DNA of 63,768 nucleotides, counting the filler, from Octopus bimaculoides (Eukaryota), in the NCBI RefSeq assembly GCF_001194135.2. It is 5 parts of 4 records of this genome, joined end to end, with 100 filler letters (N's around TTAATTAATTAA, not from the genome) between each part and the next. Parts side by side here need not be neighbours in the genome. Positions count along the whole stretch, not along the records: positions 28,683 to 44,842 come from NC_068983.1; positions 44,943 to 60,327 come from NC_068989.1; 3 more parts are not named here. One strand, given 5' to 3'. The translations under genes and the position numbers were made by a program. A model generated the notes under the pieces. That model was not told the DNA's origin and ran no database searches. It was given only the letters and a program-made list of their open reading frames with translations. Numbering within the stretch: the first letter of the stretch is position 1; each line of letters starts with the position of its first letter. Of the stretch, positions 38,263 through 52,560 are shown one piece after another.

Positions 38263-40103
38263 TATAAATATATAATTGAGCTAATAGTGAGGGATTATCA
38301 AGCCAGGCAAAATACTTCAGAACCTCTCAAAATTGTTTAGATTAGTAAAGAACTCAAAATATTTTTATGTCAGTGTTCATACTTATGGTTCATTACAATT
38401 CTATTTTGTAAATCCGTGGTTAGGCTCCAGTCAAACTGATTTTTACACAGACGTATAAATAATGCTCATTACATATTTTTCCTTTATTAGAGTAAATTTG
38501 GCTTACTGCTGTTTCCATTAATAATTTTAGGTATATTACTGATAGGATTACTGAATTGGTCTATTGATCAGTTGAGAAAAATTGAACGACCTAGCAGTAT
38601 TAATGCTACTTCCGCCAGAGCCATATCTGTTTATAACAAAAGCAAAACACTGGAGGAATATAGTACGTAGAGGTCAAAGAGGGAAAGAGGCAAGTAGAAT
38701 AGAGAAAAAGAGGAAGACACGTTACAATAAGGTGATGAGAAGAAAAGAAAGAATAGCAGAAAGAATTGGAGAGGATGGCCGAAATTTGGGAAAAGTACAG
38801 TCATAAAACATAAGTGTTTCGCCTCCCTCCCCCATGTATGCACCGTTCCTTCAATGCTCTGCTTTTTTATAGCCAGAAATGGCCCTGACAAAAGTAGCCT
38901 TAATCTTTGTAGGTCGTTTAATTTTTCTCAATTCATCAATAGACCAATTAGGTAAACCTATCAGTAACGTACCTATAATCACTGGTGGAAAAAACAATTG
39001 CAAGCCAAATTTACTCTAATAACGAAAAAAATATATAATGACCATTATTTATACCTTGTCTTACACATACACGCGCGCGCGCGCGCACATTGTTTATGCT
39101 ATAACAATAAAAAACGTCGTTTTTAATGATGGAACACAAAGTAGATAAATGTATAAAACTAACCTGTAGATATTGGATTGAGAAAGTCTTCGGATAGAAA
39201 AAGTCGAAGGGTTGTGTTAATCCAATATTAACACTACTTTGTGTGTTAGGCATATTAAATAGATTCGTCTAGGAAATTATTTAGTTTACTAAAACCTATA
39301 ATTTCTTGGAATTTGTATTAAAATATTTAGATTATGATTTTGAAATGAAAGATAAATCCATATTTTCACGTTTAAAATTTTTTAGTGTTGAAATTTACTT
39401 CTTTTTAATTTCCTTCAAAAGATCTTTCTGTTTTAGGTATGAAAGAAGCAAAATTGCAATTCAGCAAATAAGAAATAATTTTTGAATCTACATTTTAATA
39501 TTTTGATTTTATTATCTCCTTCTATAGTTTCCGTACATCTTTCGTTTTTGACTTTTTTTCGAAACGTTTTCCAGATTCACTCATTTAAACATTTTTAGAT
39601 GTCAAAGATTACATTATGAGTATGCGAAAAATAGAATTTTCACAAATTCAATAGTTTCATCGGCTTTGGTATGTTTTTAAAACATACATGGCCTCAAACA
39701 CATGCGCGCATGCGTAGTATGTGTATGTGTATGTGTATGTGTGTGTCTCTGTATATCTATCTAAATCTATATTTATATATAAAAAGGAAAAGACCATTAT
39801 TTAGAATAACGATCGTATCAAGTGGCCGGCATGGAAAAAAACTGTGTAGGTAGTAATTATTATAGATACATAACAATATAAGTTTAATTATAATTAAGGG
39901 TACTGAAGAGGCACCACCATACCAGATATAGCAAACAAAACTGACTCTAGAACCACATCATGTATTCATATAGCATATGTGAAACGATAAATGGACAAAG
40001 AAATGAGCAAAAATTGAATGGTTAACTCTATATCGACGATTTCAGGCTTAGTAATAAAATACTTTGCCTTCATTAGAGGAAATACACTAAAAATTAGAAC
40101 ATA

Positions 40104-40165
<62 letters not shown>

Positions 40166-40412
40166 NNNNNNNNNNNNNNNNNNNNNNNNNNNNNNNNNNN
40201 NNNNNNNNNNNNNNNNNNNNNNNNNNNNNNNNNNNNNNNNNNNNNNNNNNNNNNNNNNNNNNNNNNNNNNNNNNNNNNNNNNNNNNNNNNNNNNNNNNNN
40301 NNNNNNNNNNNNNNNNNNNNNNNNNNNNNNNNNNNNNNNNNNNNNNNNNNNNNNNNNNNNNNNNNNNNNNNNNNNNNNNNNNNNNNNNNNNNNNNNNATA
40401 TAGTGTATATCT

Positions 40413-40454
<42 letters not shown>

Positions 40455-40460
40455 CATACA

Positions 40461-40494
<34 letters not shown>

Positions 40495-42991
40495 CATACA
40501 TACATATATATATATACACACACACATGCGACATACGAATACTTACATATGCGCACGCATACATTCATATATGTGCACGTATACACCAGATTAATTCATT
40601 TGTCCGTCTTACACCATGTGCTATATGATTAAAGCATCATCGCAGGGAATGTGATGACACAGAGCGAATATGATTCTAAAAATTGGTCTTATCCTTTATA
40701 TATATATAAAAATATTTATTTTCTAGAATATATGTGTATATGTATCTATGTATATATGTATGTGTGTGTCTATATGTATTTTATATATATGTGTATATTA
40801 TAAACATAACAATATATTATATTCTTCTGATAAACTAAGTAATTTTAGTATAGGAAAAGAGTAATTATGATAATCATACTGAAGTCCTTAGGAAGTTTTA
40901 ATGCTATGTCATTTTATATTGAATGATCTTAAATGTAATTATATCAATTTAAATTAAATTTTAAAGTAGACCCTATTCTAGATATATATTTCTAGTTGTA
41001 AAAATGCATTAAACTGTAAACATATTGATTTAAAGTGAATTATTTTCCCCTGAAAAATAAGAAATTCCTATTTATTTATGTAAAAACTAGTATAGATAAA
41101 GATTATTCTTCGATAAAGAATATTTATTGTACACCATATTAAAAACATACTTTGTAAATTACTTTTGTAAATCATGTCCCTTCTATTTTTTCGTAAGTAT
41201 AAATGCATATAAACATTATGATGAGTTTTTTTCTTTAAAAAACTAAGTAATTTTAATTTTAATTACAGCATTACTCTTTTTAGTATGAAAATGAGTAATT
41301 ATGATAAGGACGTTTGTGAAGTCCTTATGGTTAAATATTTTGGGGATAACTAATTAATTTGGCGTTTATATGATTTCTTCGATAATTACGTTATTATGAT
41401 AATGTTTCAGAAAGTTTCTTTCATATATAAACTACGTAACTTTTAATTATTAATCTTTGATTTTTAGTGTGGATTATAAATAACTAATGCAATGTAATTT
41501 ATAATATTATTTAGTATTTGACTAGAAATGATACAGTATTTTAAATATGATATTTTGCTATTTACCCATAGATAAATATCATATTATTATTATTATTATT
41601 ATAACATGTATTTTTTAATAATATGAAAGTGTAAAAGGGATATTTCTTATTTCGCCATGGTTTTATATTGTTTCTGGTATTTTGAAAAAACTAATGCGCT
41701 AAAACATATTTAGATTAAAATTCTTAATAGAATACAAATATATTTTATGATAGTTATATTAGTTTATCTGTCATATTTTATTTTTTATTTTTTAACCTTG
41801 TTATTATTTTAATTGACGCTCAAGCTTGACAACATAAACAAATTTAAGTTTGGTCTTTTTTTTTTTTGATCTGTAACTCCTCTTATATCAAATATTACAC
41901 TGAAGAGATTCTTACCCTCAAAGATGGATTTTAATTTTATTATGGGTGAGAATCAAAACAACTGTATGTAATTTATACTTAGTGTTTATTATATTATGTT
42001 ATTATTATAAGGATATAATATAATATAATATATATAATGCTAATAAATTTTACTTTTGGAATTGACAATTGCATTTCTTCATTTTCTTTTAATTTTTATA
42101 AATTTAATATATACCCATGTGAATTGTAAAGTTTTTCCCTACTAAATTAGGTATTGTACAGTTAAGCCAGTGAAAACTTGGATGTGTTTTCATCCCTATA
42201 AGAGTAACATATTTTCCTCGTATTGCATATGCCCACATATGCATATCAATGTACATATATATGTATATATATATATATATGTATATATATATNNNNNNNN
42301 NNNNNNNNNNNNNNNNNNNNNNNNNNNNNNNNNNNNNNNNNNNNNNNNNNNNNNNNNNNNNNNNNNNNNNNNNNNNNNNNNNNNNNNNNNNNNNNNNNNN
42401 NNNNNNNNNNNNNNNNNNNNNNNNNNNNNNNNNNNNNNNNNNNNNNNNNNNNNNNNNNNNNNNNNNNNNNNNNNNNNNNNNNNNNNNNNNNNNNNNNNNN
42501 NNNNNNNNNNNNNNNNNNNNNNNNNNNNNNNNNNNNNNNNNNNNNNNNNNNNNNNNNNNNNNNNNNNNNNNNNNNNNNNNNNNNNNNNNNNNNNNNNNNN
42601 NNNNNNNNNNNNNNNNNNNNNNNNNNNNNNNNNNNNNNNNNNNNNNNNNNNNNNNNNNNNNNNNNNNNNNNNNNNNNNNNNNNNNNNNNNNNNNNNNNNN
42701 NNNNNNNNNNNNNNNNNNNNNNNNNNNNNNNNNNNNNNNNNNNNNNNNNNNNNNNNNNNNNNNNNNNNNNNNNNNNNNNNNNNNNNNNNNNNNNNNNNNN
42801 NNNNNNNNNNNNNNNNNNNNNNNNNNNNNNNNNNNNNNNNNNNNNNNNNNNNNNNNNNNNNNNNNNNNNNNNNNNNNNNNNNNNNNNNNNNNNNNNNNNN
42901 NNNNNNNNNNNNNNNNNNNNNNNNNNNNNNNNNNNNNNNNNNNNNNNNNNNNNNNNNNNNNNNNNNNNNNNNNNNNNNNNNNNNNNNNNNN

Positions 42992-43050
<59 letters not shown>

Positions 43051-43199
43051 GTATGTATATATATATATGTATATATGTATATATATATATGAATGTATAT
43101 ACATATATATACATGTGTATATACATGTATATATATGTATGTATATGTATATATACATGTATATATATATATATGCATATATATGTATATACATATAAC

Positions 43200-43819
43200 A
43201 GCCGTGAAATTTAAACGTGCCTTTAAACCTGCTTTTCAGTCAAAATGTACACATCAGTAAATTGAGAAATTACTAACAACTTAAAATTGTGTTCGCTGCG
43301 GCTTTCAAGTAGCACGGGAATCTTTGATGCTAAGTTCTATTTATCATGCCCCAGGAGGGTATGCTTTTAAGAGAAAGTATTTGGACTTACATCCGCAATT
43401 TCAAATTTAGTGTAGTGCATTTCATAGTATGAATTTTATATTTGTTGTTGGCTGGGTCAAACACAGTTCTATGAAATTCAACAATATACTTAGCACTTTC
43501 ACGTGGTTACACAATAAATAACAATATTAAATTAAATATATATGCATGAGTCCGTATATTTATGTACATACGTGCACATACACATATCATAATATAAATA
43601 AAAACAATATAAAGGCATATATACATACATATATGTACATACACACACATATATGTATATATATTGTATATATATATATATGCATATATAGGTACAGGAC
43701 GTCACAAAACGTAAACAACTTGGAATACGAAAACAACATGAAATACGAAGACAAACTCTTGTATGCGAACAATGAGAGGAACAAATGGAAAACATGAAAG
43801 TAATATAATGGACGACTCT
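43200..43819 (+). repeat. Local ~620-bp duplication, copy 2
   Basis: See 37582-38206. Confidence 0.9.
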
Positions 43820-43849
43820 ATATGCATATGTATATATATAAAACGAATT

Positions 43850-44497
43850 ACAGAACACAGAGGATATCGTGGTATACGTGTTTCAAGCTTTATAAACAAT
43901 ATGTCAATTACATCAGTATATATTGTTGATATAAAAGCTATCTTCAGCCGCAAGCATTGTTAGTCCCAAGATTACATCACAAAAGAAAAAGAAAAAGGAA
44001 GAGAAAAGAAAAAGTCCATTTAGTATTACCCATTATAATAGGTTTATCATATTCATTTATAAATGTATATCTGCATAAAGTTTTCTTGGGTTTCCGAAAT
44101 CTGCCCATACCGTACCACAATTCAGCATAGAGTGAATATTAAATAGATTGGATTATATTTAACTAGCGTGCATAAGATAGAAATAGAAGATCAAAAGCAA
44201 AAAATGAAGTAATAAAATAAAAAATAAAATAAAATAAAAATCCAAGAAAACTTTTTGCAGCTATACCTTTATAAATGAATATGATAAACCTATTATAATG
44301 GGTCATACTAAATGGACTTTTTCTTTTTATCTTTCTTTTTCTTTTTCTTTTGTGATGTAATCTTGAGACAAGCAATGTTTGCGGCTGAAGATAGCTTTAA
44401 ACCGTTCTTTATATCAACAATATACATATACTGATGTAATTGACAGATTGTTTATGAAGCTTGAAACACGTGTACCGTGATATCCTTTGTGTTCTGT
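43850..44497. mobile_element. Fold-back/MITE-like long inverted repeat (~240-bp arms, ~150-bp spacer)
   Basis: 43850-44089 is the reverse complement of 44241-44497 with scattered mismatches. Confidence 0.85.
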
Positions 44498-44942
44498 TCT
44501 CAATTTATATTTGATATATTCTTTCACCTCTGCCACTATCTGGCATATACAGGTGCTTACACTTATCAAATATTACCCCTAAACTTACAGTACCTACATG
44601 TGTGTATATATATATGTATATATGTATATATATTTATATGTATACTTATATATTTTATATATATATATGCATATATATATATGTATATGTACATATACAA
44701 GAATAAGGGCAGGGAATCGTCAATTAATAATAGAATTAATAATTAACAATTTTGCCAAGTAGTTCAGTATGAAAAAACCTTTATCGGTAAAACCATTTAT
44801 CATCATAAATATACAGGGATTAGCATTGAGTTGCTTCTAAGCNNNNNNNNNNNNNNNNNNNNNNNNNNNNNNNNNNNNNNNNNNNNTTAATTAATTAANN
44901 NNNNNNNNNNNNNNNNNNNNNNNNNNNNNNNNNNNNNNNNNN

Positions 44943-45150
44943 ATATATAAGTTCAAAAAAGGAAAAAGACAAGAAAACAACAACAAAAAACAACGTGGGG
45001 ACGTGATACAGATAGTGTTACTAGACGCTCGGGAAAGGAAAGAGAGAGAATATGACGTTACGAGCGGAGCTCTTCGTCGGAAACAAGGAAAGTCCAAAGA
45101 AGGGAAAAACGGAGGAAGAAAAAATCGCCACCGATGTCCACAAGGTTACA
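44943..45150 (-). mobile_element. Short repeat family F with hammerhead-like motif, copy 1
   Basis: Homologous to 51962-52160; minus strand CCGACGA-A-GAGC-ucc-GCUC-GUAA-CGUC. Confidence 0.65.
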
Positions 45151-45989
45151 TTGTGGAAGGACCATATATGCGTGTATGTATGTATGTATGTATACGTACG
45201 TGTGTATGCCGTGCACAGCAGCTGGCGTGTGCTGGTGGCCAAAGGACTCGCCGTGCGAAACCGCTGTTTTGGATGTCTGATTCCTGATTATCTCACATAA
45301 ATTTACATAAATAAAAACTGCACATTTCTTACAAAATGCTGCATGAAATACTTTCATATGTTTGGACCACGAAATAAACAAAAATATATATATACAGACA
45401 TACATACATACATACATATAGTCAGACAGACAGACATACACACCCACACCCACACATACACACACACATATACATACATTTGTATGTGTGTGTGTTTGTG
45501 TGTATGCGCACGCGAGTAAGTATGTATATATGTAGTCTTTTATTGGAGCAGAAATTGACAGTTTGTCTCACGACTCGAGTTTCACGGCTCTCCGACGGTC
45601 GTCCCGTGTAATTTGAACTTCAAGTTGCGTGACAATTAACCAGTATTTAAAGCTCAGAGTGTATTCCCGTTTGCATTTTTAGCATTCGTATCTCTTGCTA
45701 TGCGTGTTTCACTAAGTAAACGTAGAAAATAAACGAAACATGAGAGATTGTTTCTAGGACGTTTCATTACGCCCTCTTACGTACTTCTCATGAACATAAG
45801 GTAAATTATTAGTTACAGAATATTACTTATATAATCACAACTTATTGTGAAATCGTCAGAAATGTGTAACTGTTATACATAACATTATTGGATAGAAAAG
45901 AAGTTGACAGAATCAACTATCGTGGAGCTCCACGACGCTTTATTCGGTCAGCAATTTTTCAATTCAATATTATGCATGAAAGTAAGGTG

Positions 45990-46190
45990 ACGAGTTGGCA
46001 GAATCGTTAATACGTAAGCCAAAATACTTAGTGGAAGTTTGTCTGTCCTTAGATCAAATTCCGCTGTAGTCACCTTTGCCTATCATCCTTTCAGGGTTGA
46101 TGAAATAAGTACCAGTTGAATACTGGGGGGTTGATGTAATCGACTTATATCCCTCCCTTGAAATTGCTGGCCTTGAGATAAAATTTGAAA
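45990..46190 (+). mobile_element. SINE family B, decayed
   Basis: GGTGACGAGTTGGCAGAATCGTTA...GCCTATCATCCTTTCAGGGTTGATGAAATAAGTACCAG. Confidence 0.75.
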
Positions 46191-46409
46191 TCAATATTAT
46201 AATGCATGAAAGTTACATGCCCCTGGCGATTTGATAACAATTCTAAGTTAGTGTGACTAAAATACGGCTCTAGGAAGGATCGAGATTAAACTAAATTCAA
46301 GAGATATTGGTGAAGTGAAGGAAGAATTAACTAATGAAATAATATTCTCTTTTCTGTTTTGTTTGTTTTATTTTGATCTTTTTGCTTCTTTTAATGTTGA
46401 TTCTTGACT

Positions 46410-46544
<135 letters not shown>

Positions 46545-46641
46545 TACGACGGGCTTCTTTCAGTTTCCCTCTACCAAATCCAATCACAAGTCTTTGGTCC
46601 GCTCGAGGCTATAGTAGAAGACCCTTGCCCAAGGTGCCACG
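46545..46641 (-). mobile_element. SINE family A partial 5' module
   Basis: Homology to family A. Confidence 0.8.
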
Positions 46642-47015
46642 CCTACGCCTATTTGATCTGGATTTTTACATTCTAATTTCAAATCCAACTGAAGCCAGCT
46701 TTGCTTTCATCCTTCCATGTCAATCACATAAAGTTCCTATCAAAGGCTGATGGCAGATTAATAGACAAAACTTTATCTACAAAATTCTAGCCCTTTGCCT
46801 CTATTAAAACGATTATTCACTCTCTGTTTTACTATTTTCGATTTTAAAAAGAATGTCTATGCTTATGTAGATTCCATTATCATTACACATTTTTTTTCTA
46901 TTTCAGTCTGATGTCAACAACAAGGATCGCAAATGTTGCGGCGAAAGATTTTACACTAAATAATAAGTATTTAAGTAAAGTTTATGTTTTTCCAAATGAC
47001 AAATGTCTCTTTGGT

Positions 47016-47250
47016 GAAGGCGCGTGGCTTAGCGGTTAGGTTATTCGGCTCAATGCCTGGCGATGCGTTGTGTCCTTCAGTAAAACACTTTATTTCAGCT
47101 GACAAAAATGAGAAGTACTTGTATTTCAAATGGTCAGCCTTGTCATATGCTGTGTCACACTGAACTTCCCTGAGAACTGCGTTAAGGGTATACGTATCTG
47201 TGGAGTGCTGTCACTTGCGCGTGGATTTCTTGACTAGGCTGTTCCGTTGA
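47016..47250 (+). mobile_element. SINE family C (tRNA head), decayed
   Basis: GAAGGCGCGTGGCTTAGCGGTTAGG...; homologous to 54031-54303. Confidence 0.75.
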
Positions 47251-47269
47251 TCGAATTTAAGCGTGCTGC

Positions 47270-47462
47270 TCGAAAGCGCACTGCTAGTGTAGCTAATGGG
47301 GAAAGTTTGGTTTGCTATGTTTGTAGTCGTGTATGCTTGTAATGAGCAGCGCTCATTAGCCACCAACGGAGCCCCAAAGGCAAAATCTAAGTTAGTCCTA
47401 GAGCGCAGAATGTTCCTAAAGGTCAGCAATGGCCTTCCTCGGTCACGAGTAGACGGCCATCA
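47270..47462 (+). mobile_element. RTE-clade LINE 3' end
   Basis: LVCYVCSRVCL**AALISHQR finger remnant, then CTCGGTCACGAGTAGACGGCCATCAT tail. Confidence 0.6.
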
Positions 47463-47472
47463 TATATGTGTG

Positions 47473-47521
<49 letters not shown>

Positions 47522-47544
47522 GTCTTTGTGTTTATGTTTGCCTC

Positions 47545-47728
47545 TAATCCCACCCGCACCATCACTTGACAACCGATGTTGGTGTGGTTACGTCCCCATA
47601 ACGTAGCGGTTCGGCAAGAGGCCGATAGAATAAGTACTAGGCTTACAAAGAATAAGTCCTGGGGTCAATTTTTTCGACTACAACATCTTTAAGGCGGTGC
47701 TCCAGCATGGACGCAGTCAAATGACTAT
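47545..47728 (+). mobile_element. SINE family A 3' module without tRNA head
   Basis: CTTGACAACCGATG...GCAGTCAAATGACT following a (TG)n tract. Confidence 0.8.
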
Positions 47729-49006
47729 ATNNNNNNNNNNNNNNNNNNNNNNNNNNNNNNNNNNNNNNNNNNNNNNNNNNNNNNNNNNNNNNNNNNNNNN
47801 NNNNNNNNNNNNNNNNNNNNNNNNNNNNNNNNNNNNNNNNNNNNNNNNNNNNNNNNNNNNNNNNNNNNNNNNNNNNNNNNNNNNNNNNNNNNNNNNNNNN
47901 NNNNNNNNNNNNNNNNNNNNNNNNNNNNNNNNNNNNNNNNNNNNNNNNNNNNNNNNNNNNNNNNNNNNNNNNNNNNNNNNNNNNNNNNNNNNNNNNNNNN
48001 NNNNNNNNNNNNNNNNNNNNNNNNNNNNNNNNNNNNNNNNNNNNNNNNNNNNNNNNNNNNNNNNNNNNNNNNNNNNNNNNNNNNNNNNNNNNNNNNNNNN
48101 NNNNNNNNNNNNNNNNNNNNNNNNNNNNNNNNNNNNNNNNNNNNNNNNNNNNNNNNNNNNNNNNNNNNNNNNNNNNNNNNNNNNNNNNNNNNNNNNNNNN
48201 NNNNNNNNNNNNNNNNNNNNNNNNNNNNNNNNNNNNNNNNNNNNNNNNNNNNNNNNNNNNNNNNNNNNNNNNNNNNNNNNNNNNNNNNNNNNNNNNNNNN
48301 NNNNNNNNNNNNNNNNNNNNNNNNNNNNNNNNNNNNNNNNNNNNNNNNNNNNNNNNNNNNNNNNNNNNNNNNNNNNNNNNNNNNNNNNNNNNNNNNNNNN
48401 NNNNNNNNNNNNNNNNNNNNNNNNNNNNNNNNNNNNNNNNNNNNNNNNNNNNNNNNNNNNNNNNNNNNNNNNNNNNNNNNNNNNNNNNNNNNNNNNNNNN
48501 NNNNNNNNNNNNNNNNNNNNNNNNNNNNNNNNNNNNNNNNNNNNNNNNNNNNNNNNNNNNNNNNNNNNNNNNNNNNNNNNNNNNNNNNNNNNNNNNNNNN
48601 NNNTATATATATATATATATTACACACACAGACCTGTGTACAACGTAACCCATCCTTAATACCTATTTACCTACGTTTAAAGAGATACCATTTACCTGTC
48701 TTTCTGTAACAACCCTATGAGTTTACCCACCTAACCAGGCGCCTGTCTTATCTGGTAACTAATTTCTTACTCGTCCCTATCAACCTCGAACCAGTCCCTC
48801 TATTCACACAATCAGCTCTACGGCCACCTCCTACCCTACCTTGCTACAAACACCTTCTTCGAAACAACCTTTGTTATCTGTGTTTAATTGCACTTACACA
48901 CACCTGTCTGTTTACTTATCAATCTATCTGTCTATCTATCTATCTATCTGTTTCTCTATCCAGCCGTGTGTTCGCGTTTATGCATACTCACAAATACGCA
49001 CACACG

Positions 49007-49047
<41 letters not shown>

Positions 49048-49176
49048 ACACACACACACACACGTACATACACACACGCACACACACACACATACGCACA
49101 CACACATGAGTGAGAGAGATAGTTAATAATTTTTATTATTGTCATTACTGGCAGAATTTGAAGCTTCTTGACTGTA

Positions 49177-49237
<61 letters not shown>

Positions 49238-49609
49238 GAAAAGAATGACATTCTACTTAATTTCGCCCCAGGGTGGGCTGTTTGCTGCTGTCAACTATAT
49301 ACAACGTATTTTGCCTTGTATATCAGATAATATTTGCACTACGTAAAGTATACTTTTAATATAGTTTACAAGTTTTACATTACGATGTGTGTGTATGTAT
49401 CTGTGTGTGTGCGTGTGCGTGCATGCGTTAAGACGTCATTTCGCCTAGCGGCATTTCGTCCATCTTTAGGTTTTAAGTTCAAATTCCGCCGAGGTTGTCT
49501 TTGCCTTTCAACTTTTCGGGGGTCAACATAATAATTTTGTATTGAACATTAAGATCGATGTAAAAAATTTGCTTCTCCCCACAAAATTAGAGGAGGAGAA
49601 GGGGCCAAA

Positions 49610-49610
<1 letters not shown>

Positions 49611-49707
<97 letters not shown>

Positions 49708-49721
49708 GCAGCACCAGCACC

Positions 49722-49757
<36 letters not shown>

Positions 49758-49790
49758 TGTAGTAGGAGGAGGAGGAGGAGGAGAAGGAGT
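49611..49790. repeat. Compound (AGT)n/(AGC)n/(AGG)n trinucleotide repeat
   Basis: Direct reading. Confidence 0.95.
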
Positions 49791-49875
49791 TACTGTTAGA
49801 AGTCAAATCTTTGGCTTGTAATATGTATGAATATATAAATGTATGAATGTACAGGTGTGTATATATAGACGTGTA

Positions 49876-49942
<67 letters not shown>

Positions 49943-51961
49943 NNNNNNNNNNNNNNNNNNNNNNNNNNNNNNNNNNNNNNNNNNNNNNNNNNNNNNNNNN
50001 NNNNNNNNNNNNNNNNNNNNNNNNNNNNNNNNNNNNNNNNNNNNNNNNNNNNNNNNNNNNNNNNNNNNNNNNNNNNNNNNNNNNNNNNNNNNNNNNNNNN
50101 NNNNNNNNNNNNNNNNNNNNNNNNNNNNNNNNNNNNNNNNNNNNNNNNNNNNNNNNNNNNNNNNNNNNNNNNNNNNNNNNNNNNNNNNNNNNNNNNNNNN
50201 NNNNNNNNNNNNNNNNNNNNNNNNNNNNNNNNNNNNNNNNNNNNNNNNNNNNNNNNNNNNNNNNNNNNNNNNNNNNNNNNNNNNNNNNNNNNNNNNNNNN
50301 NNNNNNNNNNNNNNNNNNNNNNNNNNNNNNNNNNNNNNNNNNNNNNNNNNNNNNNNNNNNNNNNNNNNNNNNNNNNNNNNNNNNNNNNNNNNNNNNNNNN
50401 NNNNNNNNNNNNNNNNNNNNNNNNNNNNNNNNNNNNNNNNNNNNNNNNNNNNNNNNNNNNNNNNNNNNNNNNNNNNNNNNNNNNNNNNNNNNNNNNNNNN
50501 NNNNNNNNNNNNNNNNNNNNNNNNNNNNNNNNNNNNNNNNNNNNNNNNNNNNNNNNNNNNNNNNNNNNNNNNNNNNNNNNNNNNNNNNNNNNNNNNNNNN
50601 NNNNNNNNNNNNNNNNNNNNNNNNNNNNNNNNNNNNNNNNNNNNNNNNNNNNNNNNNNNNNNNNNNNNNNNNNNNNNNNNNNNNNNNNNNNNNNNNNNNN
50701 NNNNNNNNNNNNNNNNNNNNNNNNNNNNNNNNNNNNNNNNNNNNNNNNNNNNNGCATATATGGGTACAGGACGTCATAAAACTTAAACAACATGGAATAC
50801 GAAATACGAAATCATGGAATACGAACTTTTTTTGCGAACAACGAAAGAAACAAATGAAAAACAAGACAAGTAACATAAAGAATGACCCTTCATCAGTTGT
50901 TGGCTGTTTATCTACTCTCTATTTCGTGCAGTTACGACAAGATATGTCTTCAAGAAAGCAGTTGCTCCCGCAAAGCAAAATAAGATTTGGAACTGGCGGA
51001 TGGTCGAAGTTGGTAACAAAAACAGGACACTGAAAACAAAGTGTTAGGGCTGCTAAGCCAGCATGTACACATGAACACACTTGTATGTATATATGTATGT
51101 GTGTGTATTAATGCGCGTGAATACGTGTATATAATCTCAATGTATGCAAGCAATTCTACACACTAATTTTGTGTGTAATAATCTCTTTAAGCCTAAATGC
51201 TCTTATGATTGTGCGCGTTTGTTGGTACGTGAAATCATATAGAAAATATACATACATATGTATATGCATACTCGCATGAATGCATTGTATATGTCTGTAT
51301 GTATGAGTATGTCATAAAAATACTCATGCGCACAAACACACGCACACACACACACACACACACAAATATATAGGCATATCAAGCCCTTCTATTATTTTCT
51401 AGAGACTTAAACAAAGAAACAATCTCTCCTGTGGAGTGTACATAGCCGTCCATTGGTTGACCCCAGAACCGGTGAGCTAAAAATCATAAATATTTTTGAC
51501 AAAATAATCTAGATTGCATTGCTATAGACTTCAAAAAATAGGAAAAGTGGATGGATGGATGGAAATATATTCATATAAATACGTGTGTGTATATATGTAT
51601 ATATGTGCATATTCATATATATATATGTATGTACATATGTATGAATGCTTGTATGTATGTATGCATTTATGTATGTATGCATATATATATATATATATAT
51701 ATANNNNNNNNNNNNNNNNNNNNNNNNNNNNNNNNNNNNNNNNNNNNNNNNNNNNNNNNNNNNNNNNNNNNNNNNNNNNNNNNNNNNNNNNNNNNNNNNN
51801 NNNNNNNNNNNNNNNNNNNNNNNNNNNNNNNNNNNNNNNNNNNNNNNNNNNNNNNNNNNNNNNNNNNNNNNNNNNNNNNNNNNNNNNNNNNNNNNNNNNN
51901 NNNNNNNNNNNNNNNNNNNNNNNNNNNNNNNNNNNNNNNNNNNNNNNNNNNNNNNNNNNNN

Positions 51962-52160
51962 ATATAGGTTCAAAAAAACAAAAAGAAACAACAAAGTGAG
52001 GACGTGATACGGATAGTGTTATTGGACGCTCAGGAAAGGAAAGAGAGGGTGTATGACGTTTCGGGCGTAGCCCTTCGTCGGAAAGATGGAAAGTTCGGAG
52101 AATGGAAGAACGGAGAAAGAGGAAAATGGTACCGATGCCCACGAGGTTACATTGTGACAC
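51962..52160 (-). mobile_element. Short repeat family F with hammerhead-like motif, copy 2
   Basis: Minus strand CCGACGA-A-GGGC-uac-GCCC-GAAA-CGUC (52050-52086). Confidence 0.65.
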
Positions 52161-52269
52161 ACATAGATGAACACACATACATACATACATACATATATAC
52201 ATATACATATATATCATATATATACATATACAAATATTTTTTTCTTTTCGGTTTTTATCTTTTCCTTAT

Positions 52270-52560
52270 GCAGAGTCTGACGACTTCTTGTACCTACACC
52301 TTAGATCCATCATGGCGTCTAATGTGGCTTTTTAAACCAGACAATCTCTTGAAAAGACACCCACATAGATTGCATATCCGATTTGGACCACGAAGAGTTG
52401 CAGTTAAGTTCTGATCTTTGTGGATCTTAAAATGTCTTTTGGGGTCTCTGTTAGATTTGCAGACCTTATGGCATATACAGTATTGAGATTTTCTTTTCTA
52501 ATTACAAAGATGGCGTCAGTTTGTTCGCCTATTTCCATTCTGTTATTACATGTTTGAAGC
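52270..52560 (-). mobile_element. RTE-clade LINE 3' fragment with two C2H2-like fingers
   Basis: CHKVCKSNRDPKRHFKIH and CNLCGCLFKRLSGLKSHIRRH on the minus strand. Confidence 0.6.

Noticed and set aside
40700-41500. Very AT-rich region with recurring AAACTAAGTAATTTTA...GAGTAATTATGATAA motifs
   Set aside because: Too degenerate to define units by eye; probably an old local duplication.
44418-44480. CUGAUGU...GAAACACGUGUA in the fold-back arm
   Set aside because: A9 is absent and there is no stem I or II.
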